The notes beneath the pieces are model-generated. The model worked only from the letters and a program-made list of their open reading frames with translations. It ran no database searches and was not told the origin of the DNA. From contig CAZIPL010000002.1 of NCBI GenBank assembly GCA_964541255.1, positions 589 through 64,588 of the forward strand: a stretch of 64,000 nt of DNA, read 5' to 3'. Below, one piece after another: positions 10,294 through 19,400 of the stretch (position 1 is its first letter; each line of letters starts with the position of its first letter). Made by a program: the position numbers and the translations under genes. The DNA comes from an uncultured Clostridia bacterium. GTDB lineage: Bacteria > Bacillota > Clostridia > Christensenellales > CAMQZB01.

Positions 10294-10495
10294 ATAAGAA
10301 TTTCACAAAACAAGCAATGTGTGAATTGGTGGAATGACAATATTGCAAAAAATATAAATATTTTGCAATACAAAATTGAGTTTTAGGGTGATAATAAAAA
10401 TATAAAAAAGACTGCGGAATAAAGATAAATCCATGTGGTCAATCTGTTGTTTATGTGTTTTGACAAAATAACTAAACGACAAAAAGGAGAGAAAG

Positions 10496-12310
10496 ATGAA
10501 GAAAAAATTAGCGATTGTTCTTGCGGTAGCATTATTGCTGACGATGCTTGGCGGACTTACCGCTTGTAGCTCCGACGACGGAACGTTTACTTGGCTCCTT
10601 TCGAAAGGCGCTGACGAATCGTTTATTTCAAGCTATAACGAAAATCCGTCGATTAAGTATTTGCTCTCGAAAGAGTATAACGGAAACAAGCTTGACATCG
10701 ATTTCAAAACCATGGTTGCAGGTTCTGAAAGCGATCAATTCCAGACTATGATTTCGACGGGCGAATATTATGATATTCTCGACGTTGTGTATTCGGGATA
10801 TTCCGTCGAAACGCTATATGAAATGGGCATTGCTCTCGATTTGACTGAGCTTATCGAAGAGTATATGCCTAACTACGTCAAGTTTGTTAATTCTAACGAA
10901 GAGCTAAAGATGTATGCATATACCGAAGTTGACGGCGAAAAGAAAATGCTTCAAATAGTAGGCGGCGGAGATTCTCCGACGTTGGCATTTGAAGGATATA
11001 TGTATAGAAGAGATTGGATTGTTAAGTACGGAACAAATCCTTCTACGGGCGAACCTTTTACGGGCGGATATTCGGCGAAAAATGCCGACGGAACAAACGA
11101 CGTCAACTCTTGGAGCGATAATATCGTGTTCCCGTCTTGGTACTTAGATAATAAATATGTTACGGAATATAAAGCAAATCACCCCGAATGGGACGGAACC
11201 GATCCAGTGTTTATTTCCGACTGGGAATGGATGTTCGGAGTTTTCGAAAAAGCGTTTGAAGATTTAGGTGTGACGGACAGCTATATGATGTCGATGTATT
11301 ATCTTGGCTATCTTGAAACGGGTGACTTCTATTCTTCTTTCGGTGGTGGATCTCCGCTTTGGTCGAAAGACGAAAACGGGAACGTAACTTTCAATGCTTC
11401 ATCGGATTCCATGAAAGCGTATTTGGAATGCCTCAACGCTTGGTATGAAAAGGGGTGGCTCGACCAAGAATTTAACGAACGTTCGTCTGCGGGAATGTTC
11501 TGGACGATAGACGTTGCCGCTTCGTCGCAAGGAAAAGTTCCTATGTTCTGTGGCGGTCTCGGTAAAATCGGAAATAGTCTTGAGACGGAAGAATATCCTT
11601 TGACTAAAGATATGATGTTGGCGCCTGCGAGACTTCCCATTAACGATGTTTACGGAACCGAAAACGAAAAAGGCATTGAGCCCGATGGCCTTTACGAGGG
11701 TACTTATTATAAAGGTTCCGTTATAATCACTTCTAACGCCGCGAACAAAGACTTGGAAACGCTCTTGACTTTTATTGATAGTTTATATACCGACGACGCA
11801 ATGATGGTTATGTCACTGGGGCTTAATGCTGAGCAGTACGAAGAGATAAAAGATAGCTTGGAGAAAAATAAAGACGGTCTTGACATTATGGAAAGATATA
11901 ATATGCAAAGCGGTGCGTATTATTATGAAGATGGCAAGCTATTTCGTGCGGATGCTATTAGTGATGTAAACTATTTGCAACAAGCAGCTTGTGCGGACAG
12001 GGTTTGTATAGGTAAAAAGCTTATTGGCGGAATATCTCTGAAAAACAGCGTTATGACTAAGGCTTATGAAGAGTGGATGATATATACGTCTTCTTCAAAC
12101 GTAAGTAATTATTCAAGCTTCTTCAACGAAGAGGATTCTACGACTTATAGCAGAGTTCGCAATTCTATAAATACAAAGATGTCTGTCGAGATTCCTAAAT
12201 TTATTATGGGAGAATATAATCTCGATTCCGATTTCGAAACTTTTGCTAAGACCATAAACAAAATGGGACACGCTAAAGTTACCGCCATTTTCGAAAACTA
12301 CACTAAATAA
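10496..12310 (+). CDS. large extracellular solute-binding lipoprotein (ABC-type sugar SBP, LipO-like), copy 1
   Basis: The 604-aa ORF has a lipoprotein signal peptide with an LTAC lipobox and an AAGGAG RBS. It is a paralog of 12873..14699. Confidence 0.8.
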   Translation: MKKKLAIVLAVALLLTMLGGLTACSSDDGTFTWLLSKGADESFISSYNENPSIKYLLSKEYNGNKLDIDFKTMVAGSESDQFQTMISTGEYYDILDVVYSGYSVETLYEMGIALDLTELIEEYMPNYVKFVNSNEELKMYAYTEVDGEKKMLQIVGGGDSPTLAFEGYMYRRDWIVKYGTNPSTGEPFTGGYSAKNADGTNDVNSWSDNIVFPSWYLDNKYVTEYKANHPEWDGTDPVFISDWEWMFGVFEKAFEDLGVTDSYMMSMYYLGYLETGDFYSSFGGGSPLWSKDENGNVTFNASSDSMKAYLECLNAWYEKGWLDQEFNERSSAGMFWTIDVAASSQGKVPMFCGGLGKIGNSLETEEYPLTKDMMLAPARLPINDVYGTENEKGIEPDGLYEGTYYKGSVIITSNAANKDLETLLTFIDSLYTDDAMMVMSLGLNAEQYEEIKDSLEKNKDGLDIMERYNMQSGAYYYEDGKLFRADAISDVNYLQQAACADRVCIGKKLIGGISLKNSVMTKAYEEWMIYTSSSNVSNYSSFFNEEDSTTYSRVRNSINTKMSVEIPKFIMGEYNLDSDFETFAKTINKMGHAKVTAIFENYTK

Positions 12311-12339
12311 AGCTATCGACTATATTTGCCAATAATTAA

Positions 12340-12375
12340 GAGAAACGGCCTCAATTATGGGGTCGTTTCTCTTTT
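12340..12375 (+). terminator. Rho-independent terminator after SBP copy 1
   Basis: Stem gagaaacggcc/ggtcgtttctc (one G-U pair), followed by TTTT. Confidence 0.7.
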
Positions 12376-12872
12376 GCCTAAATAGAAATCGGGATTCCTC
12401 GATTGACTGAGTATGCCATAAAAAGTTTTTGCTTTCGGTATGGCGATAGAGCCGTATTTGAGATTTAGTATGAATAATGGCTTTGTTTTATTGATAAAAC
12501 AAATAATCGGAAATGTCTACGTAAAAGACATAGTATCTATTACATAGACAATTTTTCGATTCTGTTTATTGAAATATTAAAAACATATCCTTAGAATATT
12601 ATTTGTAATTATCTATAAATAAGACAAATAGCTTAATATGTATTTATGTTGATTAAAAGTTTGTTGTATTAAATTGCTCGATTATTTTATGTCTATTGCT
12701 GCGATTGATTGCTTTTGTTATAAACGAACGGCTTTGAAATATGCTTTTGATAACGTGAAATGGCTATTATGTTTATTAAGCTTTTTAAGAAAAATACGTC
12801 ATAATAGTCGGTTGAAAAAGGAAAGTGGATTATATAGAGTGAAAACTCTTTTAAGATTATAAGGAGAAAAAG

Positions 12873-14699
12873 ATGAAGAAAAAATTAGCTGTTGTTTTAG
12901 CGGTAGTATTACTTATCGCTTCGTGTTTTGGTTTTTCGTCGTGTTCTAAAGAAGGGGACGGAACTTTCACTTGGCTTCTTTCTAAGGGCGTAGGCGAAGA
13001 GTATATGTCAAGCTACAATGAAAACCCCGTAGTCAAGTATTTGCTTTCTAAAGAGTATAACGGAAACAAGCTTGACATCGATTTCAAAACCATGGTTTCG
13101 GGTTCTGAAACCGACCAGTTCCAGACTATGATTTCGACGGGCGATTATTATGACGTTATGGATATAGCGTATTCTTCATATTCAATCGAGGCGCTTTATG
13201 AGCTTGGCGTAGCACTCGATTTGACGGAATACGTAGAAAAATATATGCCCAATTACCTTGCTTTCATCAATTCTCACGATGAGCTTAAGATGAATGCATA
13301 TACCATTATTGACGGCGAGAAGAAAATGATTCAGCTTGTTGCCGGCGGAGACGAAAAGTCCGTTACTTTCTGCGGATATATGTATCGAAGAGATTGGATC
13401 GTTAAGTACGGAACGAATCCTCAAACGAGTGAGCCTTTCACGGGCGGATACTCGGCTAAAAACGCCGACGGAACAAACGACGTCAACTCTTGGAGCGATA
13501 ATATCGTTTTCCCGTCTTGGTACTTAGACAATGAGTATGTTACGGAATATAAAGCGAACCACCCCGATTGGGACGGAACGGACCCCGTGTTTATTTCCGA
13601 CTGGGAATGGATGTTCGAAATTTTCGAAAAAGCATTCGCCGATTTAGGGGTTACGGATAGCTATATGATGTCGGTATATTACCCCGGATTCCTTGGAACG
13701 GGTGATTTATTCTCCTCGTTCGGCGGCGGTGCTCCGGGATTTTCGTTGGGCGAAGACGGAGTATATTTCAGCGCAACCTCCGACACAATGCTTTCATATC
13801 TTGAATGTATGCGCAATTGGTATGAAAAAGGCTGGCTCGATAACGCTTTCTATGAGCGTTCTTCCGATATGTTCTATAAAATAGATTCCGCAGCTGTGGC
13901 ACAAGGCGAAGTCCCTATGATTTTGTCGGGACAAGGCAATATCGGAAATTCTATTGAAACGGAACAGTATCCTTTGACGGAAGGCGTTATGTTTATGCCG
14001 ACAAGACTTCCCATCAATGATGTATACGGAAAAGACAGCACAAAAGGGCAGGAACCTGATTGTTTATATCAAAGTACATATAAAAACGGATCTGTTATCG
14101 TTACTTCTAACGTTTCCGAAAAAGATTTGCCGACGCTCTTGACTTTCATCGACAGCCTTTATACGGACGAAGGAATGCTCCTTACTTCGCTCGGACTTAA
14201 CAAAGAGCAGTACGAAGAAATAAAAGACAGCTTGGAGAAAGACAAAGAGGGCTTAGATATCTATGCAAAATACGGTCTTACGGAAGGCGCGTATAGCGTA
14301 GAAAACGGCGTCTATTATGCGGCAGATGTCGTAGAAAACGGCGGATATTTGAAGCAAGCGGTCACGAACGGCAGAATTTCTGTCGGCAAAATACTAAATA
14401 ACGTTGCGGTAAGAAATGACGTTATAAATAAAGCCAACAAAGAATGGATGATATATACTTCGACGAAAGACATTATAAACTATCTTGAATTTTTCGATGA
14501 TGAACAATCAAAGACTTACAATCGTTATTCGAATAAGATAAACGACAAAATGTACGTTGAAATTCCGAAATTCATTAAAGGTGAATATAACCTCGATTCC
14601 GATTTCGAAACGTTTGCTAAGACAATGAACAAAATGTCGCCCGACAAGGTTTCGGAAGTCTTTAACGAGGTCTTGAAAAATTACGGGATAATCGAATAA
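12873..14699 (+). CDS. large extracellular solute-binding lipoprotein (ABC-type sugar SBP), copy 2
   Basis: The 608-aa ORF has a signal peptide with an SSC lipobox and an AAGGAG RBS. It is collinear with copy 1 over its full length. Confidence 0.8.
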   Translation: MKKKLAVVLAVVLLIASCFGFSSCSKEGDGTFTWLLSKGVGEEYMSSYNENPVVKYLLSKEYNGNKLDIDFKTMVSGSETDQFQTMISTGDYYDVMDIAYSSYSIEALYELGVALDLTEYVEKYMPNYLAFINSHDELKMNAYTIIDGEKKMIQLVAGGDEKSVTFCGYMYRRDWIVKYGTNPQTSEPFTGGYSAKNADGTNDVNSWSDNIVFPSWYLDNEYVTEYKANHPDWDGTDPVFISDWEWMFEIFEKAFADLGVTDSYMMSVYYPGFLGTGDLFSSFGGGAPGFSLGEDGVYFSATSDTMLSYLECMRNWYEKGWLDNAFYERSSDMFYKIDSAAVAQGEVPMILSGQGNIGNSIETEQYPLTEGVMFMPTRLPINDVYGKDSTKGQEPDCLYQSTYKNGSVIVTSNVSEKDLPTLLTFIDSLYTDEGMLLTSLGLNKEQYEEIKDSLEKDKEGLDIYAKYGLTEGAYSVENGVYYAADVVENGGYLKQAVTNGRISVGKILNNVAVRNDVINKANKEWMIYTSTKDIINYLEFFDDEQSKTYNRYSNKINDKMYVEIPKFIKGEYNLDSDFETFAKTMNKMSPDKVSEVFNEVLKNYGIIE

Positions 14700-14742
14700 C
14701 AATTCGTTATGAAAAGGCGATTATAGTAGCAAAATATGAAAT

Positions 14743-14782
14743 AAGGTATAGCTAAGTTGCGGCTATACCTTTTGCTTTTTTG
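14743..14782 (+). terminator. Rho-independent terminator after SBP copy 2
   Basis: Stem aaggtatagc/gctatacctt, followed by ttgctttttt. Confidence 0.7.
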
Positions 14783-14864
14783 GGTTGATTATGCAAGCTG
14801 TTTACTCATTGCTTGCAAGGTACGATATTGTATTGAGTCGTCAAAATGCTTTATGGACTATTTT

Positions 14865-15434
14865 TCAGAAAAAGTATTCCGTCAAAATCGAGGGGCAAAG
14901 CGCTTTGGTGACTTCGATGTCTGTCATCGACGGACTTCGAGGAGTCGTAACGACGGCGGAGTCGTATTTATATCCCGTCAGCCAAATGTATGCAAGTCTT
15001 GTCAACGAATGCGAAAATACGCAGCAGGCGGTGGCGCATAGGTTTCTTTTCTCTTCGTCGGCGGTTATGTTTTTGTCGTCGAGCATTTGGAAGAATGTGT
15101 TTTGCAAAAGTTCTGCATAAGAATTTTCTAAGCTGTTTTGCCCGAGATAATAAATCGTGTTTGTCAAAAAAAGTCTATGGGTATCAATGAAGCCTTCGCT
15201 TTTTTTAAGGCAAGCGGCCAAGTTTTTGTGATGATAGCCGATCTCGTTTTCGTATAGATCTTTAATGATTTCATCCGCAGCGTCGAATTTGTCTTTGAAG
15301 TTCGAATAAAAAGTACGCCTCGAAACGTTCGCGGCATCCGATATGTCGGATACGTTAATGTCTTCTATGCGCTTTGTTTGTAAAAGCTCATAGAGTGCAT
15401 TTTTAATTTTGGTTTTCGAAGTATCGTTTTTCAT
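14865..15434 (-). CDS. TetR/AcrR-family transcriptional regulator
   Basis: The 189-aa ORF has an N-terminal TetR HTH (INVSDISDAANVSRRTFYSNFKDKFD). Confidence 0.85.
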   Translation of the reverse strand: MKNDTSKTKIKNALYELLQTKRIEDINVSDISDAANVSRRTFYSNFKDKFDAADEIIKDLYENEIGYHHKNLAACLKKSEGFIDTHRLFLTNTIYYLGQNSLENSYAELLQNTFFQMLDDKNITADEEKRNLCATACCVFSHSLTRLAYIWLTGYKYDSAVVTTPRSPSMTDIEVTKALCPSILTEYFF

Positions 15435-15514
15435 AAATATATTATATTTTAATGTTTTTCGAAAGTCAATATGTAAATAAAAATATCGATAACGTGTGAA
15501 GCAAAGGAAATAGG

Positions 15515-16291
15515 CTATTTTGTTTTCTTTTTCGTATTTGCCTTTTTCGGGCTTTTGCCTTTTATGGCAAGATAGTTTCTGTTGAATGATCTTAGCGAAT
15601 TATAGCCGCATTGAATCGATATTTCAGTAACCGAAAGGTCGGTCGATTCCAAAAGAATATCGGCTTTTGCGATTCTGTATTCGTTGACAAGCTGCAAAAA
15701 GCTCGTGCCGAAGGTCGAATTGAAAAGGTTCGAGGTGTAATTATAATTATATCCGAGCTTTTCCGAAAGGCTTGCCAGCGAAATGTTCGAGGCGTAGTTG
15801 TCTTCGATATATTGAATGATTTCGGCAACGGTGTCGTAGAACTTCAAATCGCGCTTATGGAAGGTCGAGCGATATTCGAAAACGGCACAAATTGCGTATA
15901 GCATTGCTTTTGTCTGAAAGACACTGGTTGTTCTTTGCAGAATATCGTTATAATCCTTTTCCACTTCGTCGAAAGTGAAAACGGGGGTATCTGCTTCGTA
16001 AAGCTTATATTTTTCGAAAAAGTCGGGTGTGTAGTCTGTCGAAAAGACGCATAGATAGCTTTCGCTTTCTTTTTGGGTTTTATATGAATGAGCTTGGTTT
16101 GGCAATATCAAAGCTGCGTCGCCTTTTTTCATGGTGAAGCTTTTCCCCTCTACGGACAGAATCATTTCGCCGTCGAGAAGATAGATGTATTCCGCACTCG
16201 AATGAATGTGAGTGCCGAAATTCAGATTATGATCGGTCTGGTGATAGATGTAACCGCTTTTGTTTGAACGCTCTTTTTCGTAGGTAATCAT
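15515..16291 (-). CDS. AraC-family transcriptional regulator (cupin + HTH), divergent from xylA
   Basis: The 258-aa ORF has a cupin region (HIHSSAEYIYLLDGEM) and an AraC HTH (ISIQCGYNSLRSFNRNYLAIKGKSP). Confidence 0.85.
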   Translation of the reverse strand: MITYEKERSNKSGYIYHQTDHNLNFGTHIHSSAEYIYLLDGEMILSVEGKSFTMKKGDAALILPNQAHSYKTQKESESYLCVFSTDYTPDFFEKYKLYEADTPVFTFDEVEKDYNDILQRTTSVFQTKAMLYAICAVFEYRSTFHKRDLKFYDTVAEIIQYIEDNYASNISLASLSEKLGYNYNYTSNLFNSTFGTSFLQLVNEYRIAKADILLESTDLSVTEISIQCGYNSLRSFNRNYLAIKGKSPKKANTKKKTK

Positions 16292-16333
16292 ATAAACACC
16301 TTAACTTTTGTCTTATATTATAGTATTTTTGGC

Positions 16334-16362
16334 TTGAAAAAGCAATAGTTTTAGGATATAAT
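16334..16362 (+). promoter_or_regulatory. sigma-A type promoter for xylAB
   Basis: TTGAAA, a 17-nt spacer, then TATAAT. It lies about 33 nt upstream of the xylA ATG. Confidence 0.6.
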
Positions 16363-16394
16363 GAAAGAAAACGGTCTTAAAGGAGGCTTTTTTG

Positions 16395-17699
16395 ATGAAA
16401 AATTATAACGATGTACAAAAGGTTGTTTACGCAAAAGGCTCGAAAGATCCTTTTACATTCAAGTACTATAACCCCGAAGAAGTTATTATGGGAAAGACGA
16501 TGAGAGAACATTTGCGTTTCGCTCTCAGCTATTGGCACACGATCGATTATTGCGGAACGGATATGTTTGGCGGCAATACGATGGACAAGTCTTTCGGTCT
16601 TTCGGGAATGGATATGTGGAAAAAGAAAGCCGATTTCACCTTCGAACTTTTGGATAAGCTCGACATCGACTATTATTGCTTCCACGACGTAGACATCGCT
16701 CCCGAGGGCGCAACGCTTGCGGAAAGCGAAAAGAACTACTTCGAAATGGTAGATTATCTCGAGAAGAAGCAGAAAGAACATAACAAAAAGCTTCTTTGGA
16801 ACACCGCAAACAACTTCGGCGACAAGAAGTTTATGGCAGGTGCCGCAACTTCTCCCGTTGCAGACGTATTCGCAACTGCTGCTGCAAAGGTCAAAATGGG
16901 ACTTGACGCAGCTAAAAAGCTCGGCGCAAACGGCTATGTATTCTGGGGCGGAAGAGAGGGCTATGATACACTTCTCAACACCGACATGGGTTTGGAACTT
17001 GACAACCTTGCAAGATTTATGCACATGTGCGTAGATTACGCTAAGGAAATCGGATTCGCGGGACAGTTCTATATCGAACCCAAGCCGAAGGAGCCTACCA
17101 AACATCAATACGATTTCGACTCTGCAACTTGCATGAACTTCTTGAGAACTTACGGACTTGAGAAATACTTCAAGCTCAACATCGAAGCCAACCATGCAAC
17201 ACTTGCGGGACATACTTTCCAGCACGAGCTTAGAACGGCTGCTATAAACGGTGCGTTCGGTTCTATCGACGCAAACCAAGGCGATTTGTTCCTCGGATGG
17301 GATACCGACCAGTTCCCCACGAACATTTACGAAACTGCTATGTGTATGTATGAAGTTTTGAAAGTCGGCGGATTCGTTACGGGCGGTCTTAACTTCGACG
17401 CGAAGACACGCCGTCAGTCCAATACTTTCGAAGATATTCTTCTTGCTTACATCGCAGGTATGGACGGCTTTGCTTTGGGACTTAGAGTTGCCGCTAAGGT
17501 TATCGAGGACGGCAGAATCGACGAGTTCGTCAAAGAACGTTATGCTTCTTATAACGACGGTATCGGCAAAAAGATCGTCGAGGGCAATACCTCTTTGAAA
17601 GAGCTTCACGACTACGCTCTTACCCTTAACGAAATCGAGGTTCCGTCCGGAAGACAGGAATATCTCGAGGCTGTTCTTAACGAAGTAATGTTCGGCTAA
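16395..17699 (+). CDS. xylA: xylose isomerase
   Basis: [24 protein letters not shown] and [15 protein letters not shown] are classic XylA motifs. The ATG at 16395 lies 8 nt after AGGAGG; the ORF track starts one codon earlier at a TTG. Confidence 0.95.
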   Translation: MKNYNDVQKVVYAKGSKDPFTFKYYNPEEVIMGKTMREHLRFALSYWHTIDYCGTDMFGGNTMDKSFGLSGMDMWKKKADFTFELLDKLDIDYYCFHDVDIAPEGATLAESEKNYFEMVDYLEKKQKEHNKKLLWNTANNFGDKKFMAGAATSPVADVFATAAAKVKMGLDAAKKLGANGYVFWGGREGYDTLLNTDMGLELDNLARFMHMCVDYAKEIGFAGQFYIEPKPKEPTKHQYDFDSATCMNFLRTYGLEKYFKLNIEANHATLAGHTFQHELRTAAINGAFGSIDANQGDLFLGWDTDQFPTNIYETAMCMYEVLKVGGFVTGGLNFDAKTRRQSNTFEDILLAYIAGMDGFALGLRVAAKVIEDGRIDEFVKERYASYNDGIGKKIVEGNTSLKELHDYALTLNEIEVPSGRQEYLEAVLNEVMFG

Positions 17700-17703
17700 A
17701 AAT

Positions 17704-19158
17704 ATGTTTTATCTCGGAATAGACTTAGGCACGAGCAGCGTCAAAACCGTTCTTGCCGACGACAATAAAATTATCGATTCCGCTTCGAGAAAGTATAAGC
17801 TTTTGATACCCAAAGAGGGCTGGACGGAGCAAAACCCCGAAGACTGGTGGAACGGAACAAAGGAATGCGTCAAAGAGCTTTCCGAAAAGTATGACTTAAA
17901 AAATTCTTTGGCGGCGGTTTCTTTCTGCGGACAGATGCACGGACTTGTGCTTTTGGACGAAAACGATAACGTAATTCGCCCCGCGCTTTTGTGGAACGAC
18001 CAGCGTACCGTCAAGGAGTGCGAATATCTTAACACCGTTATCGGCAAGCAAAAGCTTATCGAGCTTACGGGCAACATCGCTTTCACGGGTTTCACGGCAC
18101 CTAAGGTTTTGTGGGTAAAGAACAACGAACCCGAAAACTTTTCGAAAATTGCAAAAATAATGCTTCCGAAAGATTATGTTTCCTATATGCTTTCGGGCGT
18201 ATTCGCAAGCGATGTTTCGGACGATTCGGGAACGCTTTATTTCGACGTAAAGAACAGACGTTTCTCCGACGAAATGTGCGAAATTCTTTCGATAAAGAAA
18301 GAATGGCTCCCTAAGGTTTTCGAGTCGTTCGAGGCTGTCGGAACGGTAAATCCGAAAGTTGCAAGCGAGCTTAACATAAACGAAAATGCGCTTGTGGTTA
18401 TCGGCGGAGGCGACCAAGCCGTAGGCGCTATCGGAACGGGTACGGTAGAAAACAACGCAGTTTCCATTTCCTTGGGAACGAGCGGAGTTGTCTTTGCGGC
18501 AAGCGATAGATTTGTCGAAAGCAAAGAGGGGACTATGCACTCTTTCCGCCATTCTAACGGTAAGTATCATTCGATGGGATGTATGCTTTCTTGCGCGGGT
18601 GCGCTCGATCATTTCGTAAATGTACTCGAAAAAAGCGGCGACTTCGATATGCTTACTTCGGAAGCGGCGACAAGACCTGTTTCGGACGTAATCTTCTTGC
18701 CATATTTCTCGGGCGAGCGTTCTCCGATAAACGACCCCGCGGCAAAAGCCTCTTTCTTCGGCATGAGCCTTTCTACGGAAAGGGGAGACTTGACGAGAGC
18801 CGTTTTAGAGGGTGCGTCGTTCGGACTTTACGATTGTTTGAAATCCTTGAACGAAATGGGAATTTATCCCGAAAAGGCAAGGGTTATCGGCGGCGGAACG
18901 AAATCCGAACTTTGGATGCAGATTCTTGCCGACGTTTTGGGAATAAAACTTTCGACGATAAACACCGCCGATGGCGGTTCGCTCGGCGCGATTATTCTCG
19001 CAATGACGGCAAGCGGAAGATTCTCCTCCGTCGAAGATGGCTGCAAATATCTCATTAAAGACGAAAAGAGTTTCGAACCGAATATGGAAATGCACGAGGT
19101 TTACGATAAAAAGTTCGCGCGATTCAAAAAGCTTTACGAAGCGACAAAGAATATTTAA
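17704..19158 (+). CDS. xylB: xylulokinase (FGGY family)
   Basis: The 484-aa ORF contains LGIDLGTSSVKTVL, GQMHGLVLLD and GGGTKSELWMQILADV. Confidence 0.9.
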   Translation: MFYLGIDLGTSSVKTVLADDNKIIDSASRKYKLLIPKEGWTEQNPEDWWNGTKECVKELSEKYDLKNSLAAVSFCGQMHGLVLLDENDNVIRPALLWNDQRTVKECEYLNTVIGKQKLIELTGNIAFTGFTAPKVLWVKNNEPENFSKIAKIMLPKDYVSYMLSGVFASDVSDDSGTLYFDVKNRRFSDEMCEILSIKKEWLPKVFESFEAVGTVNPKVASELNINENALVVIGGGDQAVGAIGTGTVENNAVSISLGTSGVVFAASDRFVESKEGTMHSFRHSNGKYHSMGCMLSCAGALDHFVNVLEKSGDFDMLTSEAATRPVSDVIFLPYFSGERSPINDPAAKASFFGMSLSTERGDLTRAVLEGASFGLYDCLKSLNEMGIYPEKARVIGGGTKSELWMQILADVLGIKLSTINTADGGSLGAIILAMTASGRFSSVEDGCKYLIKDEKSFEPNMEMHEVYDKKFARFKKLYEATKNI

Positions 19159-19173
19159 GAAAACCAAGTATGT

Positions 19174-19205
19174 AAAATCCGACGTCAATCGGCGTCGGAT
19201 TTTTT
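19174..19205 (+). terminator. Rho-independent terminator after xylB
   Basis: Stem aaaatccgacg/cgtcggatttt with an 8-nt loop and a T-run. Confidence 0.8.
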
Positions 19206-19400
19206 AATGCGAATATATTCGTATCGAATGAGTTTAATCGTAAAAAACGGTCGTGATTTGCGAAAAAAACGGGGGGGAAAAAAACAGTATAAAAAAAGTA
19301 ATAGAAATATATTAAAAACGGGATATTATTTTGCGGTATTGACTTATCGAAATTCTGTGATAAAATATAATAAAAAAGAAAAAGTATCTTGGAGGAAAAC

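Noticed and set aside
12674-12862. 62-aa ORF in the AT-rich spacer before SBP copy 2
   Set aside because: It has a TTG start, no RBS, and an AT-rich low-complexity translation. The region is most likely promoter DNA.
16377-17609. 410-aa minus-strand ORF
   Set aside because: It is antisense to xylA, whose plus-strand translation carries every xylose isomerase motif.
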